In this document: piece by piece, positions 27,221 to 41,580 of the stretch
How the letters are laid out: each line of letters starts with the position of its first letter
Position numbering within the stretch: position 1 is the stretch's first letter
Notes under the pieces: model-generated
What the model was told of the DNA's origin: nothing
Seen by the model: the letters and a program-made list of their open reading frames with translations, nothing else
The model's database searches: none
Assembly: GCF_009834535.1 (NCBI RefSeq)
Contig: NC_045707.1
Location: forward strand, 62,436,001-62,500,000
DNA: 64,000 nucleotides
Reading direction: 5' to 3'
From: Camelus ferus
Lineage: Eukaryota
Made by a program: the position numbers and the translations under genes

Positions 27221-27499
27221 CTGAATTATAGAGCTGGTTGTAAATGTTTTAAATTTCTTAATAATGTAAATGTGAAAGAATGGAGTTTAAAAACACTATT
27301 AATGAAACCAAAGCTGTTTCTTAACCTTAACTGTGTAAATTTACAGATACCAGACTAATGCTCAGAATGGGAGACAGAAGACTAGAGAAGGAGGAATACG
27401 AAGAGATACTAGTTTCCTCTTCTCATAAACTGAAGTGTCAAGCAATACAATATATAATTAATAGGTCATCACATATAGGTATTGCACATATTAAAACAC

Positions 27500-28080
27500 C
27501 TGTACAATTTTTTATTGCTATTGGAGCAAATTACCACAAACGTAGTGGCTTAAAAATAACACAAGTTTATGCATTTGCAGTTCTGTAGGTCAGAGTTTAA
27601 AATCAAGGCTAAAATAAAGGTTGGCTGAGTTATACTGCTTTCTGGAAACTCTATGGAAATAACTGACATCCTTGTTTATTCAGATCATTGGCAGACCTAA
27701 GTTCCTTACCATCAGAGTATGACTATTGTCATTGTTTCCTTGGTGTCTGCAGGAGAGCCACAGCTTTAAAGCTGTTGCATTCCTTAGCTTGTGGTTTCAC
27801 TCCTCCATTTTCAAATCCAGCAATGTTGAGTTGAGTTCCTCTCACATTTCAAAAACCTTCAGCCTTTTCTTTTTTAAGTCTCATCTCTCTGACTGAAGTG
27901 TTCTGCCTTCTTCCACTTTTAAAAGCCATGTGTTCACATTGAATCTACCCAGATGATCTAAGATAACCTTCTGAATTCATGACCAATCAACTTAATTCTA
28001 TCTGCAAAGTCCTCTTTGTCATGTCACTTAGCATACACAGACCTAACACCAGGGCTAGTGTGAGGATATCTTTGGGAGTC
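27500..28080 (-). mobile_element. MLT1-type MaLR LTR
   Basis: 'attgctattggagcaaattaccacaaacgtagtggcttaaaataacac...cagttctgtaggtcag' is the reverse-complement MLT1 3' end. Confidence 0.8.
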
Positions 28081-30126
28081 TCACATGAGATTTCAGTCCA
28101 GAAAAGAGCAGCATAATTAAGCAGATGCTACAAATAACTGATTTTTTCATTAGCAAGTGGATGGGCAGAGGTATCTGCCTTTTTTGAGGAAGGTTTCATC
28201 ACGATCCCAGCCTCTAGTTTCTAGCATTCTGTGCAAATACTCAAGCACAGTTCCCCAGTGTGTTTGGCTAGAATAATACAGGTATCTGATCTGAGCATAG
28301 TTCCTTCATGGCTTCTGAACTGAACCACTGCTATAGTAATGCTTCATAGCAAATTGCTCCCAAATTCTCATTTATTGTTAAACTCTTGTTAGTTTGTTGG
28401 GTCTTCCGGAGTAGGTCTGCTTTCGACTAGGCCATCAATCTTAAGTCTCAAGTCTCTTCCACATACTTTTCATTTTAAAACCCAGGCTCAAGGAACAATC
28501 ACTGATTGGGCATGCTCTTTTCATAATGATTGGCAGAAATACCAATAGGCTGGCAGAAAATGTGAGTTTGTCAGTTTGTTTTGGCTTTTGTTTGTTTTTT
28601 TCTTCTGTTTGTAACTAAAAAATTTAAATGATACAAAGGATACAGCATCCTGTGGCTGAAAGAATTTTTGTGGGATTTTAGAACAAACTATACGTGATTC
28701 TTAATGGTTATTCCACTTGAAAAACAGTAATCCATGGGACATACTGCTGAGTCAGACACTATTTGAAGAGGCAGCCCAAAGCTATGTTTTTTTTGTTTGT
28801 TTGTTTTTTTAAGCATGATCTTGGAATCCCCTTTCTCAGAATAACAAGTGGTAGTTATTTAAAACAACAACAACAACAGATATTTCACCCTATTGGAGAT
28901 CTACTTAATAAAAGTATATGATTGTTATGCCTGGGAATCTGAGTCCAAATTAATTTCCATGCATCTTTTAAAACACCTACTACCCTTCAATTAAAGTGCG
29001 TTCAGTTACATTACAATCATCACTTTCTTTTAATGAAAATAATTGATTCCTAATCTTCTAACAAAACCTTTGTTAACCCTTACTATCCTTCATTCTTCAG
29101 TCACAGTAAATTATTCTCTTTTAGATCACTGTAAAGTTTTCAACATGTATTCATATATTTGATTTCATTTTTTCTACTCACAACACTCCTCCATATTAGG
29201 CAAAAGAAAGTATAGTGGATCTAAATCTTTCTACTGCAAATCTCAAAACCCAGTACCAACCTTTATTTATAATCTTCCTAAAGTGCCCTGACACTTTAGG
29301 AAGATTATAAATTCCTAGGCTTCCTTTTCAGACACAGTGCCGAATGCTTAACTTAAAAATCATCTAACAATTTTTGCTAAGAAAATTGTTTTTATCATAA
29401 AGTTAAAAAATATTTAATCCAGTTTAGGTTGTAGGATGTAATATGTAATGGAGAGATGATTACCTCTTTTTAAAGAAATATCTTCAGAATTACTGTGATG
29501 ATGTAGTGGTTAGATGCAAGACAAACATTGGCTCAAATCCCAGCTACTTCACTCACTCACTGTATGATTAAAGGGATTTACTTAATTCTTAAAATGTACC
29601 CTTTTTCATCAAAAGAGGTTAAAATAACTATAATATTATAAGAATTACTTGAAAATATTCATGTAAGCTTTTAGCATATATCCCAACCCCCTCAGCTATT
29701 ATTCTGTACCCATGCTTTTTTTTTTTTTTTCCCTGTTAATGTCGTAACATGCCATTTAGACTGACATGAACTTTGAAAAATAATAGTTAAAATGTGAGTA
29801 TCTGAGTTCAGGTCTATACTTGAGTCTAGGTTTTAAAGATTGTGCTCATATATCGCTTAATACTGTGGATCCTACACTTACAGCTTCTTGTTTAATTTTT
29901 TACTTTTTCACTTAGATGGCTGACTGGAAGAAGTCATTTAATCTCTTTATGCCTCAGTTTCTGTATCTATACAATTATAATGATAATAACATTAATTTGT
30001 AAGATTGTGAATCTTCAACACATGAATCCATGTAAAATGCTTAGGAGCATGTCTAAATTAAGATAGTTGCTCATGTAAAGTTAGTTCTTATTATACAGAT
30101 TTTTGCACAGAAGGGAAGTAACTTAC

Positions 30127-30218
30127 TTTTGTGTGATGTCAAAATTTGGCATTAGATAATAATGTTGTAGTTTTATCCTGCAGGGGTGGAACATGTGAAA
30201 AAGAAAATTGGAGAAGTG
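30127..30218 (-). pseudogene. Pseudo-exon (phase 1 to 0)
   Basis: Acceptor tttttttgtag, donor GTAAGT; LLQFSFSHVPPLQDKTTTLLSNAKF*HHTK; the phase does not join directly to the 27220 exon (missing exon or indel). Confidence 0.5.
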
Positions 30219-31088
30219 CTACAAAAAAATTCGTATCAAATTTTCTTTGGACATAAATGGCTTTATGTCATTGACAAAAATATTTTGAGTATACAATTAG
30301 GCTTATGATTCATGAACCATATAAGACCAATGGCAGTATTATTGCTATAATTTTACTTTGCATTTGCATAGCCCTTTAAAATTTAGAAAGTTTACTCATG
30401 TGCAAAATTGTATTTAATATTCACAGGATAATGTGTGAGATAGGTTTACTTAAACTAACTTACTGATAAGAAAACTAAAGCTCAGAAGCATTAAATAATT
30501 TGATTAGGGTTAAACAAACAGTAAGTGCAAGAACTTGAATTAAAACCCTCATTTTCTGATATTTATAATAGTGAGCTATTCTTTGGAAGCTGAAAGAAAC
30601 TATTTTATTTTGGGACACATGTTACCTCACCTTTTATGACAGGGGTAGAATCTCAACATACTTTATGTAAGTCAAAAAAAAGTCTCAGTCCCACCACCTT
30701 GATAACTATCAACGATGTTCTAAAAGGAGGCAATGCAGTATCTCCAGAAAAATTAAGCCATTTTCTGTGACTTGTTTTTTTTTCTTAAGATAAAAAAATT
30801 TATATTTATACTTATACCTAGAAAATTTTACTCGTATTATAAAAACATAGGCCATGTGACCCATTTGGCTCTGCAAGGAAACCTCACATTCATATATACC
30901 ACTTATTTTACAGATGTACAAAGCAGTCTTTATTGCCTTGTGTCATGGATAAGAACTTCAGCCTGTCACATTTAAGGGAAATATGCAAGAGATGTGGAGA
31001 TGTCAATGAATACTCTAGGTTCAGATAAAAAAGTATTATCATATTTAGAATAACTCAAAAACAAAGCTACTAGGCACATTTATGTTAC

Positions 31089-31112
31089 CTTTCCATTTAA
31101 TGTAAAACTTCC
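31089..31112 (-). pseudogene. 24-nt micro-exon candidate
   Basis: catttcag|GGAAGTTTTACATTAAATGGAAAG|gtaaca; frame-preserving; reads (R)KFYIKWK in phase 1. Confidence 0.35.
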
Positions 31113-31117
31113 CTGAA

Positions 31118-31118
<1 letters not shown>

Positions 31119-31158
<40 letters not shown>
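31119..31158. repeat. (TG)20 microsatellite
   Basis: Directly visible. Confidence 0.95.
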
Positions 31159-31163
<5 letters not shown>

Positions 31164-31582
31164 ATCTCCTCTGGACACATATATTTTTTTTCTCCAGAGG
31201 AGGTCAAACTACAGCCAACATATGGTGAAACTAATCAAGTGTCTCATTTATTGTGTCTGATTGAATTTTAATGGAGCTGATAATCCACTTTGACAACTTG
31301 CTGAATTATTGTCAAATATATGAAACAATCGCTTCTCATTATGTATGACAGATAGTTAAGTGCTGTAAATTATGGGGCTCTGTAGGAGTTGGGTGTGTTA
31401 TGAAGGCAAATGACAAGCACTTCGGGAGAGGGAGAAAGTGTTCTTCAGTGACCTCTGATAATACTTCACAAACAGCATTCATGGGAAATTCTACACAGTC
31501 TTTTTTTTCCAGTCAAAACAACAGGTGCTTACTTAAACAAAAGATAGATAGAAAGAAAGAAAAGATGATAGATAGATGGACC

Positions 31583-31648
31583 CTCTTTTTTTGGGGGGGG
31601 TAACTAGTTTTATTTACTGATTTATTTTTGGAGGAGGTACTGGGGATT
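31583..31648 (-). mobile_element. 5'-truncated camelid-type SINE
   Basis: Reverse complement reads aatccccagtacctcctccaaaaataaat...aactagttacccccccc, like the 3' half of the SINE at 16039. Confidence 0.7.
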
Positions 31649-32404
31649 TATGGACCTCTCTTCTTAATTTTACTTGAATTTTATCCAAACTTTAAGACCC
31701 AGTTTCTAGGAAATTTTGTTCAACTGCTCCAGCCCAAAATTTATTAATACAATAAATATTTGGTGATTAATGGCCTGGTAAATTGTGGTATTTTGGTATT
31801 TAATAAATTAGAGTTAATTGTATTTTTTTATTCTTAAAAGGAAGAATCAATTGATTAAGGATTACTTTAAAGTAGTTTACATGCTCAAATAATTTAATGA
31901 CAACATTAATACATAGTAAATATTGATAATTGGTAAACATATATAATCATTAAATTATACATAAGTATAATTATTTATGATCACATAATTATAAATATTA
32001 ATTATGTGATTCTAAATATTAATTATGTGATTATAAATAATATATGTATTATATATTATATATTTATCAAATATATTTTATATAATTATATATAAATGTA
32101 AAATTATAAGCATTACATTTAATAGGAAAATGCTATATATATATATATAGTTTGTAATGTGTGATAATAAAATGACAAATACTTTTTAGAGAACAAAAAT
32201 AATGTAACATTATCTCCTTTAATATCACTACCTAGAAATAACTGCTATGTTTGTATTTTTAATCCTTTCAAAACAACTGTCTTACATGAATGAGATCATG
32301 CTTTATACATTTTCATATACATTTTTTTACCTAACATTACATTGTAAATATCTTCCCATGTCACAAAAAAATCAGTCATTAAAAATATTTTAAGATTAAA
32401 TAAT

Positions 32405-35400
32405 GTTGACTTTCAGTTTCACATCTGTCACGTAAAGAACCTGGAATTTGACATTCCCATTCTTACAATAAGAAAAAGCAGGACAAACTGAAAATTAATT
32501 TTTTTTTTTTTGATATAACATAAAACTGAGTTTCAGGGTAAACTGCTCCCCTGAACTCTGGAAAGACAGCCTCATCCAGAGACACATAGCCAAGTTGACT
32601 TAGCTGGAGCAGGAGCATCTGGAGTCACAAACCGAGAGGAACACTTAAATGGTAGTACTGACTTATAGCTGGAGACTCAAAGCACACTAGTCTGTGAGTG
32701 AAAATCTATGGGCGACCCTCATTTTTCTGAGCTTAACAGCAGTTACCATTCATGGTTCTCATGATAAAGATCCCCCAAATGTCCTCTTTGGTCTTGGTTG
32801 GGGAAGGGAGGAGGTAGTTACTGTGAAACAGGACTAGAGACTCTTTCAGTGCACATTCAGGGGAAAGACTTTGCTGGAGTACTCTCCCAGCTGAGGGAAG
32901 GGCATTCTTCCAACTCCATTCCCCTCTAGTCTTCCTGTCTCACCTAAGTGGGGGGAAAATTCCATATTCAATCTTGGTCAGGTCTTCAAGGAAATAGGGA
33001 ATTCCACAGCAGGGAAAAGTGGGGTGAGAGTAAGTTATATCCTTGGATTACAAACCTGTGATTGTCAAAGCTCCAGGACACATACCCACTAAATCTAAAA
33101 CAATTAGATTTAATGGAAAGATTATAGCATGTAATACAGCAGTACTCCAGTATTCAAAAAGTCAGTTCAGCCAGCAGAGCTACAAGATACAAACTCTCCC
33201 TAAGGAGGGTTAGTTAGGGAAGCCCAAAGTCAATACGGGAAACAGAAAAAGGCCACCAAAGAAAACTGACACATATAGCTACAGCAAATATTAAACATAA
33301 TCAAACTCCTAGCCATATTAACATAAATCTTCACACTAAAAGCCTTTTAAACCTCAGTCCCTGTCACTCAACACAGCATGTCCACTTCTCCACAAAACAG
33401 TATGTCATGCCAAAAGGCAAGAGAAAACACAATGTGAAGAAACAAAGTAAATATCAGACCTTGACTTAGGTATTATAAGTATGTTAGAATTATTGTACAG
33501 GGAATTTAAAGTAACCATGATGAATATGTTAAGGTATCTAATGGGAGAAGTATATAGTATGTATGCACAGATAGGTAATGTAAACAGAGAGAGAGAAACT
33601 ATAAGAAAGAATCACAAGGGAATATTAGAAATCAAAATGAGAGTATTTAGGAAATAAGGATGTTTTGATGGGTTAATCTGCAGACTTGACAGGTGGAGGA
33701 AAGAGTCAGTGAGCTTGAAAATAAGTGAATAGAAACTTCCTAAATGGAAATGAACAAAAAGAAGAAAAACAAATAAACAAACACAACACCCAAGAACCAT
33801 GGAACAATTTCAAAGGTACGACATGCGTAATTGGAAAATGAGAAAAAAGATTAAAAGGTGCATATGGAATATTTGCAATAATGAGAGAGAATTTTCTAAA
33901 ATTAATGACAGACACTAAGCACTTTAGAGAACATAAAAAGGGACACACTCCAATAAAACAAAATAAACAAATAGAAAATCCTGGGCATATCGTGTTAAAC
34001 TGCAGAAAACCAAAAACAAAGAAAAATATCTTAAAAGAAACCAGAGGAAAGAACATTTTCCTGCAGTCAAATGAGGATGAGGATACTAGTGGACTTCTTG
34101 TCGGAAACTATGCAAGCAGAGAACAGAGTGAAATATTTAATATGTTGAGAGAAAAAACCTTACAAACTTAGAATTCATATACAGCAAATCACCTTTCAAA
34201 AGTAAAGACCTTCTTATTCAAAAACAAAAACAAAACTGAAGGACCTCGTGACTAGCAGAAGAAATGTAAAAATAAGTTCTTTGGGCAGAAGGAAACAAGC
34301 TTAGATTTATATAAAGAAAAAATAAATGTCAGAAAGGGAAAAAATGAAGGCAAATATTTCTCTCACTCTTAATTGATGTAAAATAACATTGTACATAGAG
34401 ATAACAGTAAAAATGCAGGGTTGGTGATAACACATGTATAAGTTAAATGAATGACAGCAATGTCACAAGGAATGAAAGTGAAGAATTGGAAATTATGCTA
34501 AAGGTACCCGCACTATGTGTGAAATAGTATACTGCTATTTGAAGAAATACAAACAAAAACATATTAGTTAAAAGTGATAAATACCAAGAGCAGAGACTAA
34601 GAAAACGACTTTAAAATATCTCAAGAGAAATACAAAATATTTTGAATTAAATGAAAATAAAACTACAGCATCATAATTTGTGACATTCAGCTAGTTCAAT
34701 GTTTTAGAGGGAACATTTATAACACCAGATAGTGTGTATGTGTGTGTATGTGTGTGTATGGAAAGGAAAGGAGAAAGAACTAAAATCAGTACCTAAGCTT
34801 TCTCCTTAGGAAGCAAGAGAAACACAAGTTTTTAAATCAAGCAGAAGAAAAGAAATAAAAATCTGAGGAGAAATCCATGGAATTAGAAAAAGAGGAAAAC
34901 AATTGAGAAAATTGATAAAAATCAAATGCCTGTTCTTCTAAAAAGATCAGTAAAACTGACACAAACCTTTTGATATGCTAAGCAAGAAAAAAATCATAGA
35001 AGCTACATATTACCAATCTCAGAATTACTACTGATGCCATGAAGGGAATACTATGACAATAAATTGAATAACCTCCATGAAATGAGCCACTTTGTTATAG
35101 GACATAGACTATCAAAACTCAAAGAAAAATGGGTAATACAAATAGCCATGTATGTTTTTAAGAAATTAAATCAAGAATAATAACCTTACAAAAGAAAACA
35201 TCAAACCCAGATGGTTTCATTGGTGAATTCAATCAAACTTTTAAGGAATAAATAATACTAATTCTTCCAAATTTCTTCTAGAAAATAGAAGCAGAGGGCA
35301 CACTACCAAACTCATTCTATAAAGTCAGAATTACTCTAATTCCAAAATCATATAAAGACTAAAAAGGAAAACAGTTGGGAAACTGGCTGATTCTAGACTG

Positions 35401-36390
35401 GGGCAGGAAAAACCCAAGATAAACCTGGAGTATCTTGTAGTGCCAAAAAAACAAGGAAGTTCTCAAAAATCTCTATAATAATCATAGTACGTCAGATGGG
35501 CACAGGAGCAAACCCAAAGAGCTCCCAACAGCCAAAGCTGGAACAATGTGAACAAAAAATAAAGTAGTATTGAATTACAACACAAAATATACATAAAAAT
35601 CCACGAATACAAACTAATATGTAAAACATAATTGAATACTTTAATAAATGGGAGGGAATTAGACAAATATTCCATATGGAAAAATTCCAAATCACTAATA
35701 TAAATACTTTACCACCAAGAAGTTGTAGCCTAGCTTCCCCCTCCTCAGGTATGGGTTGCATGTATTGAATTTCAAAAAGAATAGTATGAAAAAAAGAAAA
35801 AGTATTAATTTTACAGTAGAGAAATTTGAAAGACGCTACCTCAACCAGCTGATCAGGGTTCAGCTCAACAATGGAAACCCATGTTGATAATATGCACCCT
35901 TGACAAGGTGCTGTGAGAATGGCACACAGCCTCTGTGATCTTCCTCCCAAACTACTGTATACCTCCATTCTAATCATGATAAAGACATCAGAAAAATCCC
36001 AGTTGAAGGACATTCTGCAAAATGCCTGGCAAGTACTCCTTAAATTGTTAATACCAACAAAACTAAGGAAAAACTGAAGTCGGTTTCATCTTTAGGGAGT
36101 CTAAAGGGACACATGATCACTAAATATAATGTGTTTTCCTAGGTGGGATCCTGGTACAGAAGAAGAACACTCTGTAAAAAAAAAAAAAAAAAAAGGAACT
36201 CTGAATAAAAAGTATAAACTTGAGTTAATAATATATGAATATTAGAGTATTACTTCATTAATTATGATTAATTTGCCATACTGATGTGAGATGTAAATAA
36301 TAGGGGATACTGGGTATGGGGTGAATTTAAATCTTTATATCATCTTTACTACTTTTTTGTGTGAATTTAAATGGTTGTTAAAAAAAAGCT
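32405..36390 (+). mobile_element. Old L1 (5'UTR, ORF1, ORF2 pieces, L1MC-like 3' end)
   Basis: ORF 33881..34171 resembles ORF1p (ENFLKLM...PGHIVLNCRKPKTKKNILK); 'cccagatggtttcattggtgaattc' is ORF2; 35380-36390 has L1MC-type 3'UTR text. Confidence 0.85.
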
Positions 36391-37388
36391 TATTAAAATA
36401 CAATATATTCAAATTATTTACTTATTTTATTATTAGCAGATGCATATTAGCCTGTCTTCAATGCCTTCTTTTTTTTTGTTTGTTTGTTTGTTTTTTCTTT
36501 TGTGTTTGGTTTTTGATTAGTTATGTATAGAAAATTATTATCCATACTTGGGTCTATCTGAATGTTTCAGACTTACATTTCTTTTTAGGAACCAATATTA
36601 CTTTTACTAATATTTTAAATAGAATTTTAAAATATTTGACAAGGTAACTATTAGCATATCTTAGAAACAATCTTTTTTTTAGACAAGTCAAAAGTTACAT
36701 AAAGAGAAAGATGACTATAATATAATATTGGTTTATTGGTTTAAAGAGTGTTATATAAGTGTTATACATATGTTCTTCAAGGCAACCTTTGTCTCATTCT
36801 TTAATATTAATAAGAAACATTTTAGAGAAGCTCAATATACAATTGTGTATGCAGCCTGGGAGATGATACAAGAACTAAAATTCTATGTAAGCCTGAAGTT
36901 TAAACATTTACATGGATCTGATTATTCCATTCAAAGTGTATGTGTGTGTTTTGAAGCATTTTTTTTTCTATTTCTTGTTCTTCCTCTTCCACTTTTTCTT
37001 TTAATTTGTGTAAATGGAATAGAAAGTACAAAATTGTGCATACCCCAAAATATGTATAGTTTAGCAGGAACTGTCAGAGAAAGAAGTCTTTAGGCTCATT
37101 CTAGGATGCAAATGATGGCAATGCCAAAAGAGACAAAGGAAATTGAGATTCCATGTAAAAAAATCCTATTTTGACAGCTCTCATTATGTGACTATGAAAA
37201 TAACAAAACTCTAGGATTTTAAAATACATATAGATAGCACTTCTTTTTTTTCAGGCAACCCTCTATAATTCTTGAAAAGTATAAATTATTATTTGCATGT
37301 CTGTATGGGGATGGAGAGGAAGAGGGAGATTTCATAAAACAAAAATATACATACCAAAAACACATGAGACAAAAAAGTGGAATCTTAC

Positions 37389-37428
37389 TCTTGGTAGCCA
37401 GGCCGTGAATGTTTTTGCACCATTCTTT
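37389..37428 (-). pseudogene. Pseudo-exon (phase 0 to 1), 40 nt
   Basis: tatattgcag|...|GTAAGA; KEWCKNIHGLATK. Confidence 0.45.
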
Positions 37429-38056
37429 CTGCAATATATATAAATCACAATTCAGATTACATTCCCCAAGTAGATAGCTTTGTATAATATTTTGCAAAGC
37501 CAGTCCATGCAATGCTATTGTTATATACCTTGCTTTATTTTCATTTTACCGTACATGGTGGTTTCCCTTGGTGAATTTCATGTTATGATGAAAGTTTCTG
37601 TCCTTATCCACTTGCATTTGGAAATGTATCTCATGCCTTCAAAGAACTTTCAACTACAAATATTCACATCTTTTCGTCTGTCACATATGTTGATTATTTT
37701 CTATTAGCATTTAATTTCTTTTTGCTATATATTAATTCTTCACTTTGAATGTTATTAACTTATGTTCTTCCATGGTTTCCATTCCTTGCTTTTTATCTTT
37801 TTTGTGTTATTTGGTTTTGGTGTGTTATTTTAAGTTTCTGTGTTTCAATGCTACATTTTTCATTCCAATTTTGAGTGATTATTTTCCTCTTATAAATTGA
37901 GAAATTGTATGTATTCATATTTACTAGGATCACTGATTTATTTAGTTATTTGCCACTTCTTTCAGCATACAATGCTTTCTACTCTCTTCCAGATTAATTG
38001 GATTTTTTTTTATTTTCTTTATGTCGTTTTCGCTTGCAGTATGGATGTTCTACTTC

Positions 38057-38466
38057 TGTCATAGGCTGAATTGTGTCCCCCTACCAAATTCAGATATTGA
38101 AGCCCTAACCCCTCCTCCCTCAAAATGTGACTGTATATGGGAGTAGTGCTTTTAAAAAGTGATTAAGTTAATAAGGTCCTTAGGGTGAGCCCTAATCCAA
38201 TCTGACTGATGTCCTCGTATTAAGAGGAATTTCAGACTCGGGAGACACCTGAGTCTGCCTCATGTGCACACGAAGGAAAGACCATGTGAGGACACAATGT
38301 GCAGGTGGCCATCTGCCAGCCAAGGAGAGGCCTCAAAAGACACCAAACCGGCCAACACCTTAATGTTAGACTTCTAGCCTCCAGAACATGTGAGAAAATA
38401 AATTTCTGTTGTTTAAGTCACGAAGTCTGTGGTATTTTGTTCTGGCAGCCTTAGCAAATTATTACA
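38057..38466 (+). mobile_element. MLT1B-like MaLR solo LTR
   Basis: TGTCATAGGCTGAATTGTGTCCCC...'gacttctagcctccagaac...gagaaaataaatttctgttgtttaag'...ATTACA. Confidence 0.9.
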
Positions 38467-40125
38467 GCCTCTATTAAGGTTTGTTCTTAAAGCTCTTAAA
38501 TATTTACCATCCATATTTTAACCTAAACTAATTGTTTTCAATGTTAATAATTAAATGCTATCAGCAACTACTTTTCTATGCCAGGACGATTGTTTCAGTG
38601 TGCTTTCCCTTAGGCCTTTTCTCGTCCCCCTACTCTGACGGAGTTGTAAATCCAGATATTATGCTTTTTCTATAAATACTTTTGTTTTCAGTGTTTTCCT
38701 ATTGTGTGCATTAAATTTCACAACTGCATTGTTGAGATTCAAATATATTTGTAAAACTTTAGTCCTAAAATCTTTCCCTTTCTCACATTCCTAAATGTAA
38801 TATGTGTTTCCTTTGGATAAGATACTTTCTCAATTTACAGAAATTTCTTAAGGAAAGTGTATGTAGCTAGTATAATTCTTCTCAGTCTTTGTCACAAAAC
38901 TTCTTTTATTTTGAACCTCATACATGAGAGTATCTTGCTTAGGTCCAGAATTTTAAGTTAGCAATCTTATCCCTTACAATTATGTAAATTATGATAAATT
39001 CTAAAGTTAGAAAGCCAAAAAGAAAAGAAATTTTAATACTATCAGTCTTAACTGATGATATTAAAAAAGAAAATCAGTGCTTTGTGATTACTGTCTCTAT
39101 ACCAAATGCTAGAAAAATCTGTTAATTTAAAAAAGGATTTTAATATTGTGACTATCTTTTCAGTGCTATTTTTTTATAAACCATTTGCCCTCTGAATGAT
39201 GTGAATAATTACATGAGGTGTTTTTTTCTTCATCGTATTGTCATTCTATTTTGTACCACAGAAATCCTTTCCCAAGTAAATTAATAAGAATGAAGTAAAT
39301 TTCATCAAATTAAATCTGACTAGAGTGATAACATGCTGCTTCTTTAAATTATGGTTAATAGATGAAAGCATGCTGATTACATGATAATTAATTAAAAAGA
39401 GTAGAACATTAAATATTAATTAAATTTAATTAAACAATTTAAATTATTGACTATAATAAAATTAATAGAATCATATTAGTCACTTAAAGGAGGCCCTTTT
39501 ACATTTAAACAGCCATAAGCTAAAATATAATTCTTCACAGATTTCAGAAATAAAGATAGAAGTGTTCATTTACATAGTTATTTTATATTTATACAAATAT
39601 GCATTTATTTTACTACTGAAGTATTTCTTAAAATGTCTAAACCTGTATAGGTTATAGGGGGATAAAAAGAGGTACTTCCTCCCTTGGAATAAATTAGCTA
39701 ATGTTTTGAATAAATAAACATAAGAATTTAACTTGCCCACCTACTACCACACACACACACATACAATCTTTAAGCATTCAGAAAGTCTATTGCACAAAAT
39801 TTTGAGTCTTATTTAAACCAGTGATGGAAACATGCTTATACTGAGGCAAGATGAATCATACTGAGAGATCTGTATAAACTTTCTATGACTGTTAGTGGCA
39901 GAGACTCCCACTTGGCTTCTGGACCAAATGACATTTTTAATGAGGCACAGCTAAATCATCAAATCATCAAAGGTTGAGATTATTCTGTCTAAATGCACAT
40001 ACTAAGAAATGAGTGTCTTTATAAGTGTGTTCTCAACCATGCGACTAGAAACATTAAAGTATGTTTCCTTCACAAGAGCGCTTAACGCTCAGGGGTTAGG
40101 ACTTAATAAACCCTACACAACTTAC

Positions 40126-40203
40126 CTTATTTAACTGGACTATTACCATGACACTGATCACATCCACTCAGAATCAGATGCCAAATTAAATTTGTTCTTT
40201 GCC
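40126..40203 (-). pseudogene. Pseudo-exon candidate (phase 0 to 0), 78 nt
   Basis: Strong donor AAG|GTAAGT; GKEQI*FGI*F*VDVISVMVIVQLNK; frame ambiguous. Confidence 0.4.
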
Positions 40204-40387
40204 CTTTAACAGTCAGTATTTAAATGAAAAAGGGCAATTGTCAGAAAGTGTGGAAAATTCAATCAAGAAATTTATAGTGAGATTTTATATGCTCCACTAA
40301 AAATGGTAACAGTAATGGATTTTGCTCTAACTTATATTAATACAAGTGAACAGAATTTCTCTAACAAACATTCTCTTTCTCAGAAAC

Positions 40388-40485
40388 TTTGAATATAAGT
40401 AGGTGTTCTAGTCTTCAATTTTGAACATTTTGAACTCTGGAAGCAGAGCTCTGGTGCAGACAGTCAAGCTGGACAGAGCATATCA
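40388..40485 (-). pseudogene. Pseudo-exon candidate
   Basis: Acceptor attttcag; ICSVQLDCLHQSSASRVQNVQN*RLEHLLIFK; weak donor; an alternative frame is possible. Confidence 0.35.
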
Positions 40486-41269
40486 CTGAAAATCTTAAGA
40501 AGAGATTTATCCAAATATTGAAACATCCTAAGGTAATCTTCAAATTCAAACCTAATGACTTATGGGAATGAATCATAACTTGAGAAACCCCAAACAACTG
40601 ACTTTATGGTTTCCTAGTCAGCTACAGTGATCTCACTTATTCTGTTCTATACACTTTCACCACATAGAGAAAATATTTAACTAATTTAAATTTGCAAAAT
40701 CCATTGCCAGTTTCAAAGGCACACTGTATTTGTTATAGCTTGAAAAGGATATTTAAACCACATTAGAGGTAGGACATTAGGTGTTTTTAATACCTCACTG
40801 GCATCCTGATATAATCAAGATAATAAACTTACACAAAATACTTATATTTTTGACATATAAGTAAAACATATTTTGTGTATGTATTTCTTCTAGCAGAAAA
40901 ATGCAAGTTGATTTTGAATGAATTTTTATTTGAAATATGTATTATTATATAATCAATTATACTGTATAATAAAGATAGCACAAATAAAATGGAAAAACTG
41001 TTGTTAAGTCTGCAAAATACAGATCACCACGATTTGCTGTATATCGGCAAGGACTCTTGCACAAACTGGTTTGTGTTCAACTTCTATTTCTGCCAAGTAC
41101 TCGCTGTGTAACCTTGGTTCATCTCTAAGTGGAGTGATAACGATATGTCATTATTATTTTGTGAAATAATTATGTTTCTCTGAATAGTGAGAAAGAGAAA
41201 TATACTTTTCTAATGTATGATTAATATGGCATAAATGAATTTCCATGCCACAAATATATACCTATGTCA

Positions 41270-41580
41270 TTTTATTTATTTTTTTCCAGTTTTATTGAGA
41301 TATAATTGACATATAACATTGTATTAGTTACAGCTGCACAACATGATGATCTTATATTTGTATATATTGTGAAATGATTAGCACAAGGAATTTAGTTAAC
41401 ATCATTCACCTCACATAGCTACAGATTTCTTTTTCTTATAATGAGAACTCTTAAGATCTACTCTCTTAGAATCCTTCAAATATGCAATAAAATACTGTTA
41501 ACTTTTGTCACCAAGCTGTACACTATATCTCTAGCACTAATTTATCTTATAACTGGAACTTTGTACCTTTTAAACTATGT
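41270..41580 (-). mobile_element. L1 3'-end fragment
   Basis: 'ttccagttttattgagatataattgacatataacattg...atgagaactcttaagatctactctcttag'; TSD-like 'ctatgtcatttta' on both sides. Confidence 0.85.

Noticed and set aside
30184..30310. Plus-strand exon candidate (GVEHVKKKIGEVLQK), likewise 51571-51610
   Set aside because: Isolated, no consistent plus-strand chain, and both overlap minus-strand candidates that fit the chain better.
35492..36013. 173-aa minus-strand hydrophobic ORF
   Set aside because: Antisense reading of an L1MC-type 3'UTR.
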